From Octopus sinensis (lineage: Eukaryota), in contig NC_042999.1 in NCBI RefSeq assembly GCF_006345805.1, positions 682,001 through 746,000 on the forward strand: a stretch of DNA of 64,000 nucleotides. Reading direction: 5' to 3'. The notes below the pieces were generated by a model. That model made no database searches, had not been told where the DNA came from, and saw only the letters and a list, made by a program, of their open reading frames with translations. The position numbers and the translations under genes are program-made. This document shows positions 52,034 to 63,894 of the stretch, one piece after another (position 1 is the first letter of the stretch; each line of letters begins with the position of its first letter).

Positions 52034-52490
52034 AATAGTTATCGCCAAGCTAACATGGCAGTCTAGAAAAATAGGACGAATGCTGCCGTTGATTAGCTCC
52101 AAGAAGCCATCGCGGGCAGTATTCGCTCTATTTTTCTGGACTACTATGGTTAGCTTGGCGATAACTATTAATATCCAGTACCTCTTTCTTTACTACCCAC
52201 AAGGGGCTAAACACATAGAGGACAAACAAGGAGAGACAAACAGAGTAAGTCGATTATATCGACGCCAGTGCGTAACTGGTACTTAATTTATCGACTCCGA
52301 AAGGATGAAAGGCAAAGTTGACCTCGACGGAATTTGAACTCAGAACGTAGCAGCAGACGAAATACGGCTACGTATTTCGCCCGGCGTGCTAACGTTTCTG
52401 CCAGCACGCCGCCTTCATTAATATCCAGTACCGCTGCCGTAGAGAATTAGAGAGAATTTGGAGAGAATTAGAAATAATGATATTTCTATT
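52034..52490 (+). mobile_element. Third copy of the hairpin element, interrupted by SINE-B
   Basis: aatagttatcgccaagctaacatggc...ttagcttggcgataactattaatatccagtacc...tagaaataatgatatttcta. Confidence 0.85.
52183..52416 (-). mobile_element. Full-length SINE-B with 16-bp TSD
   Basis: attaatatccagtacc at 52167-52182 and 52417-52432. Confidence 0.95.
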
Positions 52491-52588
52491 TATGTTGTTC
52501 TCTTACTTCTACACGCAACCCGGGAAACATATTTTCATTCGTAAACTCAATCAGTCACCATTACAAACAAAAACCAACTACTAACAAA

Positions 52589-53002
52589 CTCTCTTTACTC
52601 TTTTACTCTTTTACTTGTTTCAGTCGTTTGACTGCGGCCATGCTGGAGCACCGCCTTTAATCGAGCAACTCGACCCCGGGACTTATACTTTTGTAAGCCC
52701 AGTACTTATTCTATCGGTCTCTTTTGCCGAACCGCTAAGCAACGGGGACATAAACACACCAGCATCGGTTGTCAAGCAATGCTAAGGGACAAACACATAC
52801 ACACAAACACACACACGCACATATATATATATACATATATACGACGGGCTTCTTTCAGTTTCCGTCTACCAAATCCACTCACAAGGCTTTGGTCGGCCCG
52901 AGGCTATAGTAGAAGACACTTGCCCAAGGTGCCACGCAGTGGGACTGAACCCGGAACCATGTGGTTGGTAGACAAGTTACTTACCACACAGCCACTCCTG
53001 CG
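52589..53002 (-). mobile_element. Young full-length SINE-A
   Basis: close to family consensus by eye; (cttttact)n tail. Confidence 0.95.
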
Positions 53003-53189
53003 ACCGGTTCAATAGTTTTAATGTCCGTTGTAACGTTGCATATGTTATAATTGATGCTGATGGCCGTTTGTTTATCTGGACTGTTGTTTTCTGTTTTTGT
53101 CATCCAGATCTTCGCTACTTTTCTCCAAACTCAAACATGTTCGTCTTTTAGCCCACTCCCCACTTCTATCAATTTTTCAGTGTAAATAA

Positions 53190-53612
53190 TCTTTTCTACT
53201 CAAGACACAAGGCCCGAAATTTTTGGGGAGGGTCCAGTCGATTAGATCGATCCCAGTACTTGACTGGTACTTAATTTATCGACCCCGAAAGGATGAAAGG
53301 TAAAGCCGACCTCAGTGGAATTTGAACTCAGAACATAACGGCAGACGAAATACCGCTAAGCATTTCGCCCGGCGTGCTAATGTTTCTTATTTTTTATTAC
53401 CCACAAGGGGCTAAACATAGAGGGAACAAACAAGGACAGACAAAGGGATTAAGTTGATCGACTCCAGTGCGTAACTGGTACTTAATTTATCGACCCAGAA
53501 AGGATGAAAGGCAAAGTTGACCTCGGCGGAATTTGAACTCAGAATGTAACGACAGGCGAAATACGGCTACGCATTTCACCCGGCGTGCTAACGATTCGGC
53601 CAGCTCGCCGCC
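53190..53612 (-). mobile_element. SINE-B dimer (type-1 tail monomer plus type-2 tail monomer)
   Basis: two bodies with different 3' tails. Confidence 0.9.
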
Positions 53613-53795
53613 CTTTTGTCAGTGTAAATAATGCTTCCAAGCAGTGTTTACATTGCAAAATCTCCGACGACAAAACCAGAGAAACGCCATGTTGTCGATA
53701 AAATAAATACAAACGGCTATTCAGCTTATAAAACGGAGCTAAAATGATAATTACCCTTCCTGCCTAACGAGGAAATGTCTTTTTTAGGTTTAGAT

Positions 53796-54310
53796 CAGTG
53801 ATTCTCAACCATTTTCTACCCATGGATCCCTTCAATTCCCATTTTACTCGGGTGGACCCGCATAGACATTCTATATTTTAGGAAATTATTATTATATTTT
53901 GGTAACTAAATATCATTAGTAATTGATAACAAAACAGTTAAAATACTTTGTATATTGTACAAGTATAACCGAATTATTGCAGATAAATTTTAATAAAAAA
54001 ACATCTTATAGGAATCCCCAAAGGTCACATAAGAAAATCTTATAGGAATCCCCAAAGGTCACATAAGAAAATCTTATAGGAATCCCCAAAGGTCACATAA
54101 GAAAATCTTATAGGAATCCCCAAAGTCACATAAGAAAATCTTATAGGAATCCCCAAAGGTCACATAAGAAAATCTTATAGGAATCCCCAAAGGTCACATA
54201 AGAAAATCTTATAGGAATCCCCAAAGGTCACATAAGAAAATCTTATAGGAATCCCCAAAGGTCACATAAGAAAATCTTATAGGAATCCCCAAAGGTCATA
54301 TAGAGCCTGA
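53796..54310 (+). mobile_element. hAT/Charlie-like MITE, right end degraded, containing a minisatellite
   Basis: left TIR cagtgattctcaacc preceded by gtttagat. Confidence 0.5.
54003..54300 (+). repeat. 34-bp minisatellite, 8 full units plus 1 partial
   Basis: atcttataggaatccccaaaggtcacataagaaa; unit 4 has a 1-nt deletion, the others are identical. Confidence 0.97.
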
Positions 54311-54395
54311 TTGTAAACATTTAGCTTAAATTAGCATCTATTTTTTCAGCTAACGGAAGTAAACTGTAAGAATAATACATGCGCACAGTTTAGGG

Positions 54396-54880
54396 CAGTG
54401 GTTCCTAATCTTTTCACAGTGGATCTTAACAATGCTTCCCAACCGTTTTCCCACGGACCCCTTTTAATATGCTTATCCTTATGTATATATGTATAGTGGC
54501 TTTGGTAAGAAGTGGCTTGTGGTAAGAAGCTTGCTTCCCAACTACATGGTTCCGGATTCATCCCCACAGCGTAACACCCTTCTACTAAAGCCTCGGGCAG
54601 ACCAAAGCCTTATGAATGGATTTGGTAGACTGAAACTGAAAGAAACCCGTCGTATATATAAATATATATATACTCGCTATTACCACTTTTAATTGTTTCA
54701 GTCATGTGACCGTGGCCATGCTGGGCACCGCCTTTAGTCAACCAAATCGACCCCAGAACTTATTCTTTGTAAGCCTAGTACTTATTCTATCGGCCACTTT
54801 TGCCGAACCGCTAGGTTACGGGTATATAAAAACAACAGCATCGGTTGTCAAGCGATGTCGGTGGGACAAATGCAGACACA

Positions 54881-54924
<44 letters not shown>

Positions 54925-54963
54925 CATATATACGACGGGTTTCTTTTTAGGTCGGCCCGAGGC

Positions 54964-54994
<31 letters not shown>

Positions 54995-55080
54995 TGAATT
55001 TTGTTAACGGACCCCCTCCCCCAGTACTACTACTTTTGCAGCCTACCAGGAATCAACAGATCCCAGGTTGGGAACCACTG
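54396..55080. mobile_element. hAT/Charlie-like MITE with 8-bp TSD, carrying two nested SINE-A pieces
   Basis: TIRs cagtggttcctaatc / ggttgggaaccactg; TSD gtttaggg (54388-54395) and gcttaggg (55081-55088); SINE-A at 54495-54655(+) and 54680-54965(-). Confidence 0.8.
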
Positions 55081-55334
55081 GCTTAGGGAATAACTCAGAC
55101 GTTCCAAACACGTCTATTAAATTATACACAGAGTATAATAAATATTTCTATTACTAAAACTAATAGAATCATTAACTCGGCAAGCCACACCCAACAACAG
55201 AACTACGGTCCTAACCACGGCTTACTGGAAGGAAATAATAAATATTTCATATGTAGAGGATAAAACCAATAAGTATTGGCCAACAGGGCTTTACCCAGTG
55301 AAAGCCAGGAGCGTATCGGTTAAGCAACTGGTTA

Positions 55335-55369
55335 TACCTGTTCAGTACTCAGATGGGTGTGTGTGTTTG

Positions 55370-55404
<35 letters not shown>

Positions 55405-55484
55405 GTGTATATGTACATATGTGTCTCTGTGTGTAGTGTGTGTGTGTGTATATATTTTCATATATAAGTATATATATATATGTA

Positions 55485-55526
<42 letters not shown>

Positions 55527-55965
55527 TATGTATGTGTGTCTTTGTGTCTGGGTGTATATTTATCTATATATATAAGTACATTATATATATGTACATAAGT
55601 GTGTGTCTTTGTGTGTGTTTGTATTTGTGCGTCTGTGTGTGCCTGCATGTGCGTGTGTGTATATTTATATGTATGTGTATATATATATATGTAAGTACAT
55701 ATATATACGTGTGTGTGTGTGTGTGTGCGTGCCTGAGCATGCACGCGTGTGCAGAGTGCACAGACAGATGTGTGTGTGTGTGTGTACATATATACAAATA
55801 CCAACTGGAATTGATAAGCGAGTAGCGATAATCCCATTAAATAGATTTACTATGTCGTGCAACTGTAACAGCCGGTTACAATTACTGTGTGTGTGTGTGT
55901 GTGTGTCCGAGCGCGTGTGCTTGCGTGTGCGTGTAGGTATGTGTGTGTGTGTGCGCGTGTGTGCA
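55335..55965. repeat. Compound (TG)n/(TA)n microsatellite
   Basis: direct reading. Confidence 0.9.
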
Positions 55966-56114
55966 TGAATATATCTGGAACTTGTTTTGCGTATGACATT
56001 TGTAGGGAGTGTGGAGTCGCCCCTTTATTATCCTTATTCCTAGGTCCCTTCTGACCCTTACGTTCAGAGTTCAAGTTCCGCCGTGATTGACTTTGCTCTT
56101 TATCGTTTCCAGAT

Positions 56115-56494
56115 CTCTTTTACTCTTTTACTTGTTTCAGTCATTTGACTGCGGCCATTCTGGAGCACTGCCTTTAGTCGAGCAAATTGACCCCAGGACT
56201 TATTTTTTGTAAGCCTAGTACTTATTCTATCTTTTGCTGAACCGCTAAGTTACAGGGACGTAAACACACCAGTATCAGTTGTCAAGCGAAGGTGTGGGAC
56301 AAACACAGCCGCACAAAGATATACACACATACATATCTATACATATATACGACGGGCTTTTTTCAGTTTCCGTCTACCAAATCCACTCACACGGCTTTGG
56401 TCGGCCCGTGGCTATAGTAGAAGACACTTGCCCAAGGTTCCACGCAGCGGGACCTGTACCCGGAACCATGTGGCTGGGAAGCAAACTACTTACC
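56115..56494 (-). mobile_element. SINE-A copy
   Basis: colinear with the family. Confidence 0.9.
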
Positions 56495-56718
56495 GATGAA
56501 ATAAATACCAGTGAATCACGGGGATTGATGTAATCGACTATCCAAACGCCCCTAAATTTCAGGTCTTCCGCTTATAGCAAAAAGGGTTGTTGACAATCAA
56601 GACAGTGAGCTGACAGAATCGTTACCGCATCGGTTAAGGTATTCAGCGGCATTTCCCCGAACTGGAAAGCTACCAAGGGCTACAAAACACATTCAAAATT
56701 AAAACTGTAAGTGATATA

Positions 56719-57136
56719 TATTTCTTTACTACCCACAAGGGGGCTAAATATAGAGCGGACAATCAAAGACAGACAAAGTGATTAAGTCGATTACATCGAC
56801 CCCAGTGCGAAACTGGTATTTTTATTTATCGACCCCGAAAGAATGACAGGCAAAGTCGACCTCGGTGGAATTTGAACTCAGAAGGTAACGACAGACGAAA
56901 TACCTATTTCTTTACTACCCACAAGGGGCTAAACACAGAGAGGACAAACAAGGACAGACAAACGGATTAAGTCGATTACATCGACCCCAGTGCGAAACTG
57001 GTACTTTATTTATCGACCCCGAAAAGATGAAAGGCAAAGTCGACCTCGGCGGAATTTGAACTCAGAACGTAACGGTAGACGAAATACGGCTACGCATTTC
57101 ACCCGGCGTGCTAACATTTCTGCCAGCTCGCCGCCA
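56719..57136 (-). mobile_element. SINE-B dimer with 16-bp TSD (15/16)
   Basis: aactgtaagtgatata / aactgtaagcgatata; internal junction gacgaaatacc|tatttctttac. Confidence 0.92.
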
Positions 57137-57273
57137 AGAACTGTAAGCGATATAATCAACGAACTCCCTGCCTTTAGAATTACCGAGTTTGCACGAAAAT
57201 TATAAAGAATTAGTATTAGTGATAGTAGTATAATTGAAGTAGTATATAGTTGACAGTAGTGGTCATTATAGTA

Positions 57274-57749
57274 GAGTAATCCCTCGCCATATCGTTGTTC
57301 ACCTATCGCGATTTATTATTTATGATTACGTCGATTCCTCCGCGGTGTCGGTTTGTTTTATAATAAAATATATAAAGTATAAGGAAAGGAAAAAAAATTG
57401 TAGCTGTAGACGATCTTTAATTCGTAGTCCAGATTGGTACATATCCAATATAAATTCTAAAAAATGTGTTTCGGAAACTAATTCCGAAGACGAAAGCATA
57501 AAGCTCTTCTTGAAATAAAAATTAGGTTCTTCGTCAGGAATTACATATTGGTATGAATGATTACGACCAACAAAAATATAAAAAAGACATTTAATAGCCT
57601 AGACGGGAACGAACAAAAGATAAAATAAATATATACAAATTATTAAAATATTTTAAAAAAATATATACAGTACTGTTTCTACTTCGCAGATTTTCACCTA
57701 TCGCGGCGAGTTTTGGAATGTAACACCCATAATAGTCGAGGGATTACTG
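57274..57749 (-). mobile_element. pogo/Tigger-like MITE flanked by TA
   Basis: TA|gagtaatccctcg ... cgagggattactg|TA; homologous to 25339-25576 in opposite orientation. Confidence 0.8.
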
Positions 57750-57974
57750 TATTGCCATTACATTTCTTATATTCTGGTGAGTAGGTGTTTCGTGGAGGGC
57801 AGTTACGAAGTGGTGCTAAAAAGTCCCAAGCTTTAAGGGTATCACGAATTGTCTGCTTTCAGACCCAACCTTCCAAGTTCTTTAACAGGACTTATTCAAA
57901 CTGAACGACCGCTGCAATGTGTGAATCTGAAAGGGGAATATGTTGTATAAATCCATAAGACACTTGCCCAAGGT

Positions 57975-58318
57975 TCGAGGCACCTTGGGCAAGTGTCTTC
58001 TACTGTAGCCTCATGCCGATCAAAGCCTTGTGAGTGAATTTGGTAGACAGAAACTGAAAGAAGCTCGTTGTATTTATGTATATATATATGTATATATGTA
58101 TGTGTATGTGTGTTTGGGTCTGTTTGTCCCGCCAACATCGCTTGAGAACCCATAGTGGTGTGTTTACGTCCCCGTAACTTAGCGGTTCGGCCTAACAGAC
58201 CGATAGAATAAGTACTAGGCTTACAAAGAATAAGTCCTGGGGTCGATTTGCTCGACTAAAGTCGGTGCTCCAGCATGGCCGCAGTCAGGTGACTGAAACA
58301 AGTAAAAGAGTAAAAGAA
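57975..58318 (+). mobile_element. 5'-truncated SINE-A with a snap-back inverted 5' end
   Basis: 17-bp IR at 57957-57973 / 57983-57999; normal tail gaaacaagtaaaagagtaaaag. Confidence 0.9.
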
Positions 58319-58368
58319 CATATCCCTCACACCATCTATCCCACCATCCATCCGTTCGTTTGTCCCTT

Positions 58369-58460
58369 ATATTACCTCGGTAATGCATATACTAAAATTG
58401 GAACGATAAAGAGAAGGTTAGCATGGCCCCTGCATGCAACAAGTAAAAGAGTAAAAGAGT
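58369..58460 (+). pseudogene. U6 snRNA 5' two-thirds fused to the SINE-A 3' tail (retrocopy)
   Basis: catatactaaaattggaacgataaagagaaggttagcatggcccctgc (58386-58433) matches U6; followed by atgc + aacaagtaaaagagtaaaagagt; no U6 3' end or T-tract. Confidence 0.88.
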
Positions 58461-58530
58461 AATTAACTGATCCTCCTGTAATTTCTTCTACCAAAATCCA
58501 GGAACTTTTCGGCACCACCTCCAATCACTT
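58461..58530 (-). mobile_element. Possible mariner terminal fragment
   Basis: Reverse strand gaggtggtgccgaaaagttcctgg resembles a mariner TIR (recalled). Confidence 0.4.
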
Positions 58531-58602
58531 TTCTCTCCATAACAGATTTTTCATGTTAGTATCGGGATAAAGTTGGCACTGTCAATGGCATTGCTGTCGG
58601 CG

Positions 58603-58988
58603 GTTTGTTTGTTTGTTTGTTTGTTTGTTTGTTGAGCGAAGCGGTCTTCGTCCTGGGAAAAGTCCGAAATGTGGTCCTTTGCTATTCGTAAAACCCGCAG
58701 AAGAGAAAGCAGGTCAAACCCCGACACCGAGAGCGTCGACGGATGGATGAATGCGCATTCAGGCTCAGCGGTTGCGTAGGAAGTCGGGGGACAAGAAACA
58801 GGAACAAAGAGTGAGAGAAAGTGGGAGCGAAAGATTACAGCAGGAGTCGCCAGCACCCCCTGCCGGAGCCTCGTGGATTTTTAGGTGTTTTGGCTCAATA
58901 AGCACACACGACGCTCGGCCTGGGAATCGAAAACCGCGATCCTCCGACCGGTAGTCCGATGCCCTAACCACTGGGCCATTGCGCCTCC
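58603..58988 (-). mobile_element. SINE-C head and body with a different 3' tail ending (CAAA)n
   Basis: first ~170 nt align to 10036; 3' ~170 nt unrelated to the other SINE-C tails. Confidence 0.8.
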
Positions 58989-59770
58989 ACGCTGTCGTTG
59001 GTGGTGATGGTGGCGACGATGGTCTGATGTGCAGTGTGTGTATGTGTTTGTGTGTGTGTCTATGTGGGCGTGGGGTGGGGCTTGCGTAACGACTCTCCAT
59101 TGGCGTTAGTAATTTCACATGATTTATTCACGTGAATGAGTTTCACATTTAAGCACAGCGTTGTTACTAGTAGTAGCAGTAGATGCAAAAAAAAAAGCAG
59201 TGTTGTTCGTTGTTGATGGTGGCAGTAGTTCTGGTGTTAGTGGTGGTGGTTGTGGTGATGGTGGTCACGGCCTGGGTGGTTGTGGCGTTCGGTTCGGAAG
59301 TGGCAACGTTATTCTTCTTTATTCTTCCTGTTTTATTCCTATATTTTGTTTTTTGTGGCCGTTGTAAGCACAAACCATGCTTGTAATCATTTCGAAACAG
59401 CAATGGTTGTTTGAATGAGAAAAGACAAAAAAAAAAGCCAAAAAAAAAAGCCAAAGAAAAAAAGCAACAACGAAATATATTTATTTATTTATTTATTTTA
59501 ATTGAAAACAATAATTTTCCATCCTCTATTTCTACACACCTTTATTTATTTATTTATTTGTTTATTATTTATTTATATAATTATTTATTTTTTCTTAAAG
59601 TATGACCATTTCACAGTTTGTTGGTTATGAATGACCATTTGTTAAATGTTCATAACAGCACCCCCACTAAAAAAACAAAAAGGAAAGCAAAACAAAATAA
59701 AACAAAAATGAAGAAGAAAACCTGCTTGTCGATGAAATGCATTCTGTTATTTTCTTTAATTTGTTTATAC

Positions 59771-59815
<45 letters not shown>

Positions 59816-59982
59816 TATATATATGTGTGTATGTATGCATGTATGTATGTATGTATGTATGTATGTATGTATGCATGTATGTATGTGTGTGTATGTATGG
59901 TGGTATATGTATATGGTTTTATATATGTATGTCTATACATACACACACACATATATATGTATATGTACGTCCATATCTAACA

Positions 59983-60025
<43 letters not shown>

Positions 60026-60029
60026 TATA

Positions 60030-60290
60030 TATATATATACAAGGAGAGAGAGAGAGAGGGAGAGAAAGAGAGACAAAGGGTGTATTCACTAAAAGTAGCA
60101 CGCACCACTTGATTTTATAGATATATATCTGAATATATATATATTATATATATATATATATATATACAAGGAGAAAGAGGGAGAGAGCGGGAGAGAGACA
60201 GATATAAAGGAAATATTCACTAAAAGTAGCACGACTAGATTTTATAGGTATATATGTAAATATATATATATATATATATATATGAATATT
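60030..60290 (+). repeat. ~125-bp diverged tandem duplication
   Basis: tatacaaggaga..(ga)n..tattcactaaaagtagcacg..gattttatag appears twice. Confidence 0.8.
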
Positions 60291-60587
60291 TCTGAGTGAG
60301 TGTGTTAGTATGTATATCCATATATATGTGTGTCAGTAAGTGAGAGCATGTGTGCAATTGCATATGTGTGTGGGTGTGTATGTGTGCGTGTGTATGTCTG
60401 TGTATGTGTGAGTGTGTGTCTCTCTGTGTATCTTTGTGTGTGTGTATACTCTTTTACTCTTTTACTCTTTTACTTGTTTCAGCCATATATATATGTATTG
60501 TCTATAAAATGTAGCGGAACTACCTTTAGTCAATGCTCTCTTTAATAATGATAACAATAACTTTATTATTATCATTATTACTACTAT

Positions 60588-60655
<68 letters not shown>

Positions 60656-61029
60656 TTATTATTATTATTACTATAATGATTATTATCATTTTTATTAATA
60701 CTATTATTATTACTATTATTATTATTAATACTATTATTATTATTGTTGTTGTTATTGTTACATAAAGAAGGAAATAATGGAAATCAATTATGGTATTGAT
60801 TGTTGGAGAAAATGCAAATTCAAAAATTGCATAAGAATAATGCCACATATAAGAATAACGCTGTTCATTCTTTATTCGTTTCCATATTTCTATATCTACT
60901 TACCGTATGACTACCTGTGTGCGCATGTGCAGGTGATTGGGAGGTAGGTGTGGGTTTCCTGTTGACTTCCTGTGAGTAAGGACGGTGATGATGTTATTGT
61001 CGATTACATGTGGAAAAAAAAATTAAAAG

Positions 61030-61348
61030 ATAATCAGGATGATGGGAGCGGCGGTGGTTTTTGTTGTTGGTTTGGTGGTGGTGGTGGTGGTTGGTGTGGT
61101 TGTGGTGGTAGTGGTGCTGGTGGTGTTGGTGGTGGCGGTGGTGGTGGTGATTGTAATGATAGTGATCATGATGATGACGAAGACGGCGGCAACGGGAATA
61201 ATTATGAAGATTATAATGATGATGATCATCATGGTGATGATAGTAATGGTGCTGATGATGATGCTGATGAGGGGGAGGAGGAGAATGGTATTGGTGATAA
61301 TAGTGGTGGCGATGGTTGTAATGATGGTGACGATGACGATGTCGACGT

Positions 61349-61381
<33 letters not shown>

Positions 61382-61630
61382 CGATGATGATGATGATGAT
61401 GATGATGACGATGATGACGATGATGATGATGATTGCTATTTTATTATTGTTGGTGATGGTAGTAATATTGAGAGTGGTAGAGGTGGAGGTAATGGCGTTT
61501 GGGATGGTCGTGGTTGAGAGTGTTGACATTGATGACGCTGCTGCTACAGATTGTGATGATGATGATGATGATAATGATGATGATGAGGAGGAGGAGGAGG
61601 ATGGTGGTGGTGGTGGTGGTGGTGATGAAA
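61030..61630 (+). repeat. (GGT)n/(GAT)n tract
   Basis: direct reading. Confidence 0.95.
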
Positions 61631-61837
61631 ACAGTTGCCGCAATGTCGTTGGTCTTCTTGATTTAAATATTAACAATAATATTAATGTTAATCGCAATAA
61701 AAAGCTTTTCTTTATTTGCCTCAAGGACATCTTAATTACGAAAGACAACGCAAAAAGGTTTTGAGTGAAACAATTGTATTCAAATACATGCCATACGTGT
61801 GTGTGTGTGTGTGTGCGTGTGTGTACGTGTCTATGCA

Positions 61838-61962
61838 TGTATGTATGTCATTATCCAGTTTTATTTAAAGATTTCTTGTCAATAGTAAAAGAGCCAGTTT
61901 CTAACATAGATCCAAGACTCCTTCGTTGGAATTTCAACATCAACATCAGGGTATTTTGTATG

Positions 61963-61996
<34 letters not shown>

Positions 61997-62580
61997 TGTA
62001 TGTATGTATGTATGTATGTATGTATGTATGAATGTATGTATCTATGTTTGTATGTATGTATGTATGTACGCATGTATGCATGTATGTATGTATGTATGTA
62101 TGTATGTATGTATGTATGTATGTATGTATGTATGTATGTATGTATGTATATATGTATGTATACGTGCAGATGTATATACTTTGCTTTATGTATGTGTTCT
62201 CATGGATATAGTTACATATCTAGACATGCTAATATATATTTAAATGATAAACTTCTGGAAAGTTTTACAGATTTTTACAGTTCCAGTAATGAGTTGGATC
62301 TATTGTTTTCGAATTGGCTTTCTCCTTTATGTTTCTGAGAAGTCTAATTTCCCAAGATTGATATTTAGACAGTGCGTTACATATCCCAGGGTCCCTTGCA
62401 TGCATGTATGTATGTATGTTGTTATATAATTTTAAGATTTCTTACCAATTCCTTCACTGGAATTTCAACATCAACAACGGGGTATTTTTGTATGTATGTA
62501 TGAATGTATATATGTATATATGCAGATTTTTATGTTTATCAATGTATTCCCATGCATATAGTTGCATATCTAGACTTGTA
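61838..62580 (+). mobile_element. Family F (TATG)n-containing repeat, one long and one short copy
   Basis: aligns to 37310-37660. Confidence 0.75.
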
Positions 62581-62605
62581 CGTATATATGTATGTATATA
62601 TGTAT

Positions 62606-62647
<42 letters not shown>

Positions 62648-62649
62648 CT

Positions 62650-62810
62650 TTATTCTTTTATATTTTTCAGTCATCTGACGGCGGCCATGCTGGAGCACCG
62701 TGTTAAAGGGTTTTAGTCGAAGAAATCGACCCCAGTACTTATTCTTTGTAAACCTTGCACTTATTCTATCCAACACTTTCGCTTACACTGCCATCGGTTG
62801 TCAAGCGATA
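62650..62810 (-). mobile_element. SINE-A 3' fragment
   Basis: tttcagtcatctgacggcggccatgctggagcaccg...gtcaagcgat. Confidence 0.8.
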
Positions 62811-62868
62811 TTACAAACTTAGACAAAAGATAAATGCACATAAATATATACATATATATACTTACATG

Positions 62869-62913
<45 letters not shown>

Positions 62914-62980
62914 TAAATAAAATGAGACAATAAAGCCAAGGCTGCGTGGAGTTTTCAGGACATTTATAAAGATAAAGTTA

Positions 62981-63028
62981 GTCTTACAGCTGTTTCTGTG
63001 ATATTAGGGATATCCCTTCATCAGAGGC
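62981..63028 (-). ncRNA. Type-I hammerhead ribozyme candidate, intact core
   Basis: gcct CTGATGA a GGGATA tccctaa TATCAC a GAAAC AGCT GTA agac; helix III ACAGCTGT is palindromic; stems I and II each have one mismatch. Confidence 0.7.
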
Positions 63029-63264
63029 GATATGAGATGGTTAAATAGAGGGAAATATTACAGTTTAATATAGGATTTATTTTGGAAAAGGAAGCAATTA
63101 AGGAGTATATACGGAAATAGGAGAATGAAAATGTGGTCCTTCCATAGCATTTACATAGCGCATTTACATAGCATTTACATACATTTACATAGTGTGTGTG
63201 CGTGTGTGTGTAATGATAGACATAAACCATATCATAGAAAAAATAAAATATATCTAGATCACAA

Positions 63265-63410
63265 ATTGCGTAACTGGTACTTATTTAATCGACTCCGAAA
63301 TGATGAAAGGCAAAGTCGACCTCGGTGGAATTTGAACTCAGAACGTAGCGGCAGATGAAATAGTGCTAAGCATTTCGCCCGGCGTGCTAACGTTTCTGCC
63401 AGCTCATGGC
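63265..63410 (-). mobile_element. SINE-B 5' part
   Basis: gtaactggtacttatttaatcgac..gtcgacctcggtggaatttgaactcag..ctgccagctc. Confidence 0.88.
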
Positions 63411-63468
63411 TATAATGAATCAGAATAATAAAAGCAGAACGAAAGAGAAAACATATACATACCCAACA

Positions 63469-63515
<47 letters not shown>

Positions 63516-63654
63516 TAGATAAAATAAGAGAAAGACAGACGGATGAAAATAGATAGAGAGGTAGATAGATCGACGCAGTCATACTTATACACACACATAA
63601 ATGCATACATGCATGCATACGTATATACATACATATATGCATGCATACATATTT

Positions 63655-63863
63655 ATATCTAATCCATCACTGGAACTGTTAAAATCTGTAAAACTTTCCA
63701 GAAGTTTATCATTTAAATATATATGAACATGTTTAGACATGCAACTATATTCATGAGAATACATACATAGAGCAAAACATACAAATCTTCACACATACAT
63801 ACATACGTACATACATACATACATACATACATACATACGTACATACATACATACGTACATACA

Positions 63864-63894
<31 letters not shown>

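Noticed and set aside
54003-54300. CRISPR-like array
   Set aside because: Units are contiguous with no unique spacers, the context is eukaryotic and there are no cas genes.
58369-58433. Functional U6 gene
   Set aside because: Lacks the 3' ~40 nt and terminator, has no upstream TATA box, and is fused to a SINE tail.
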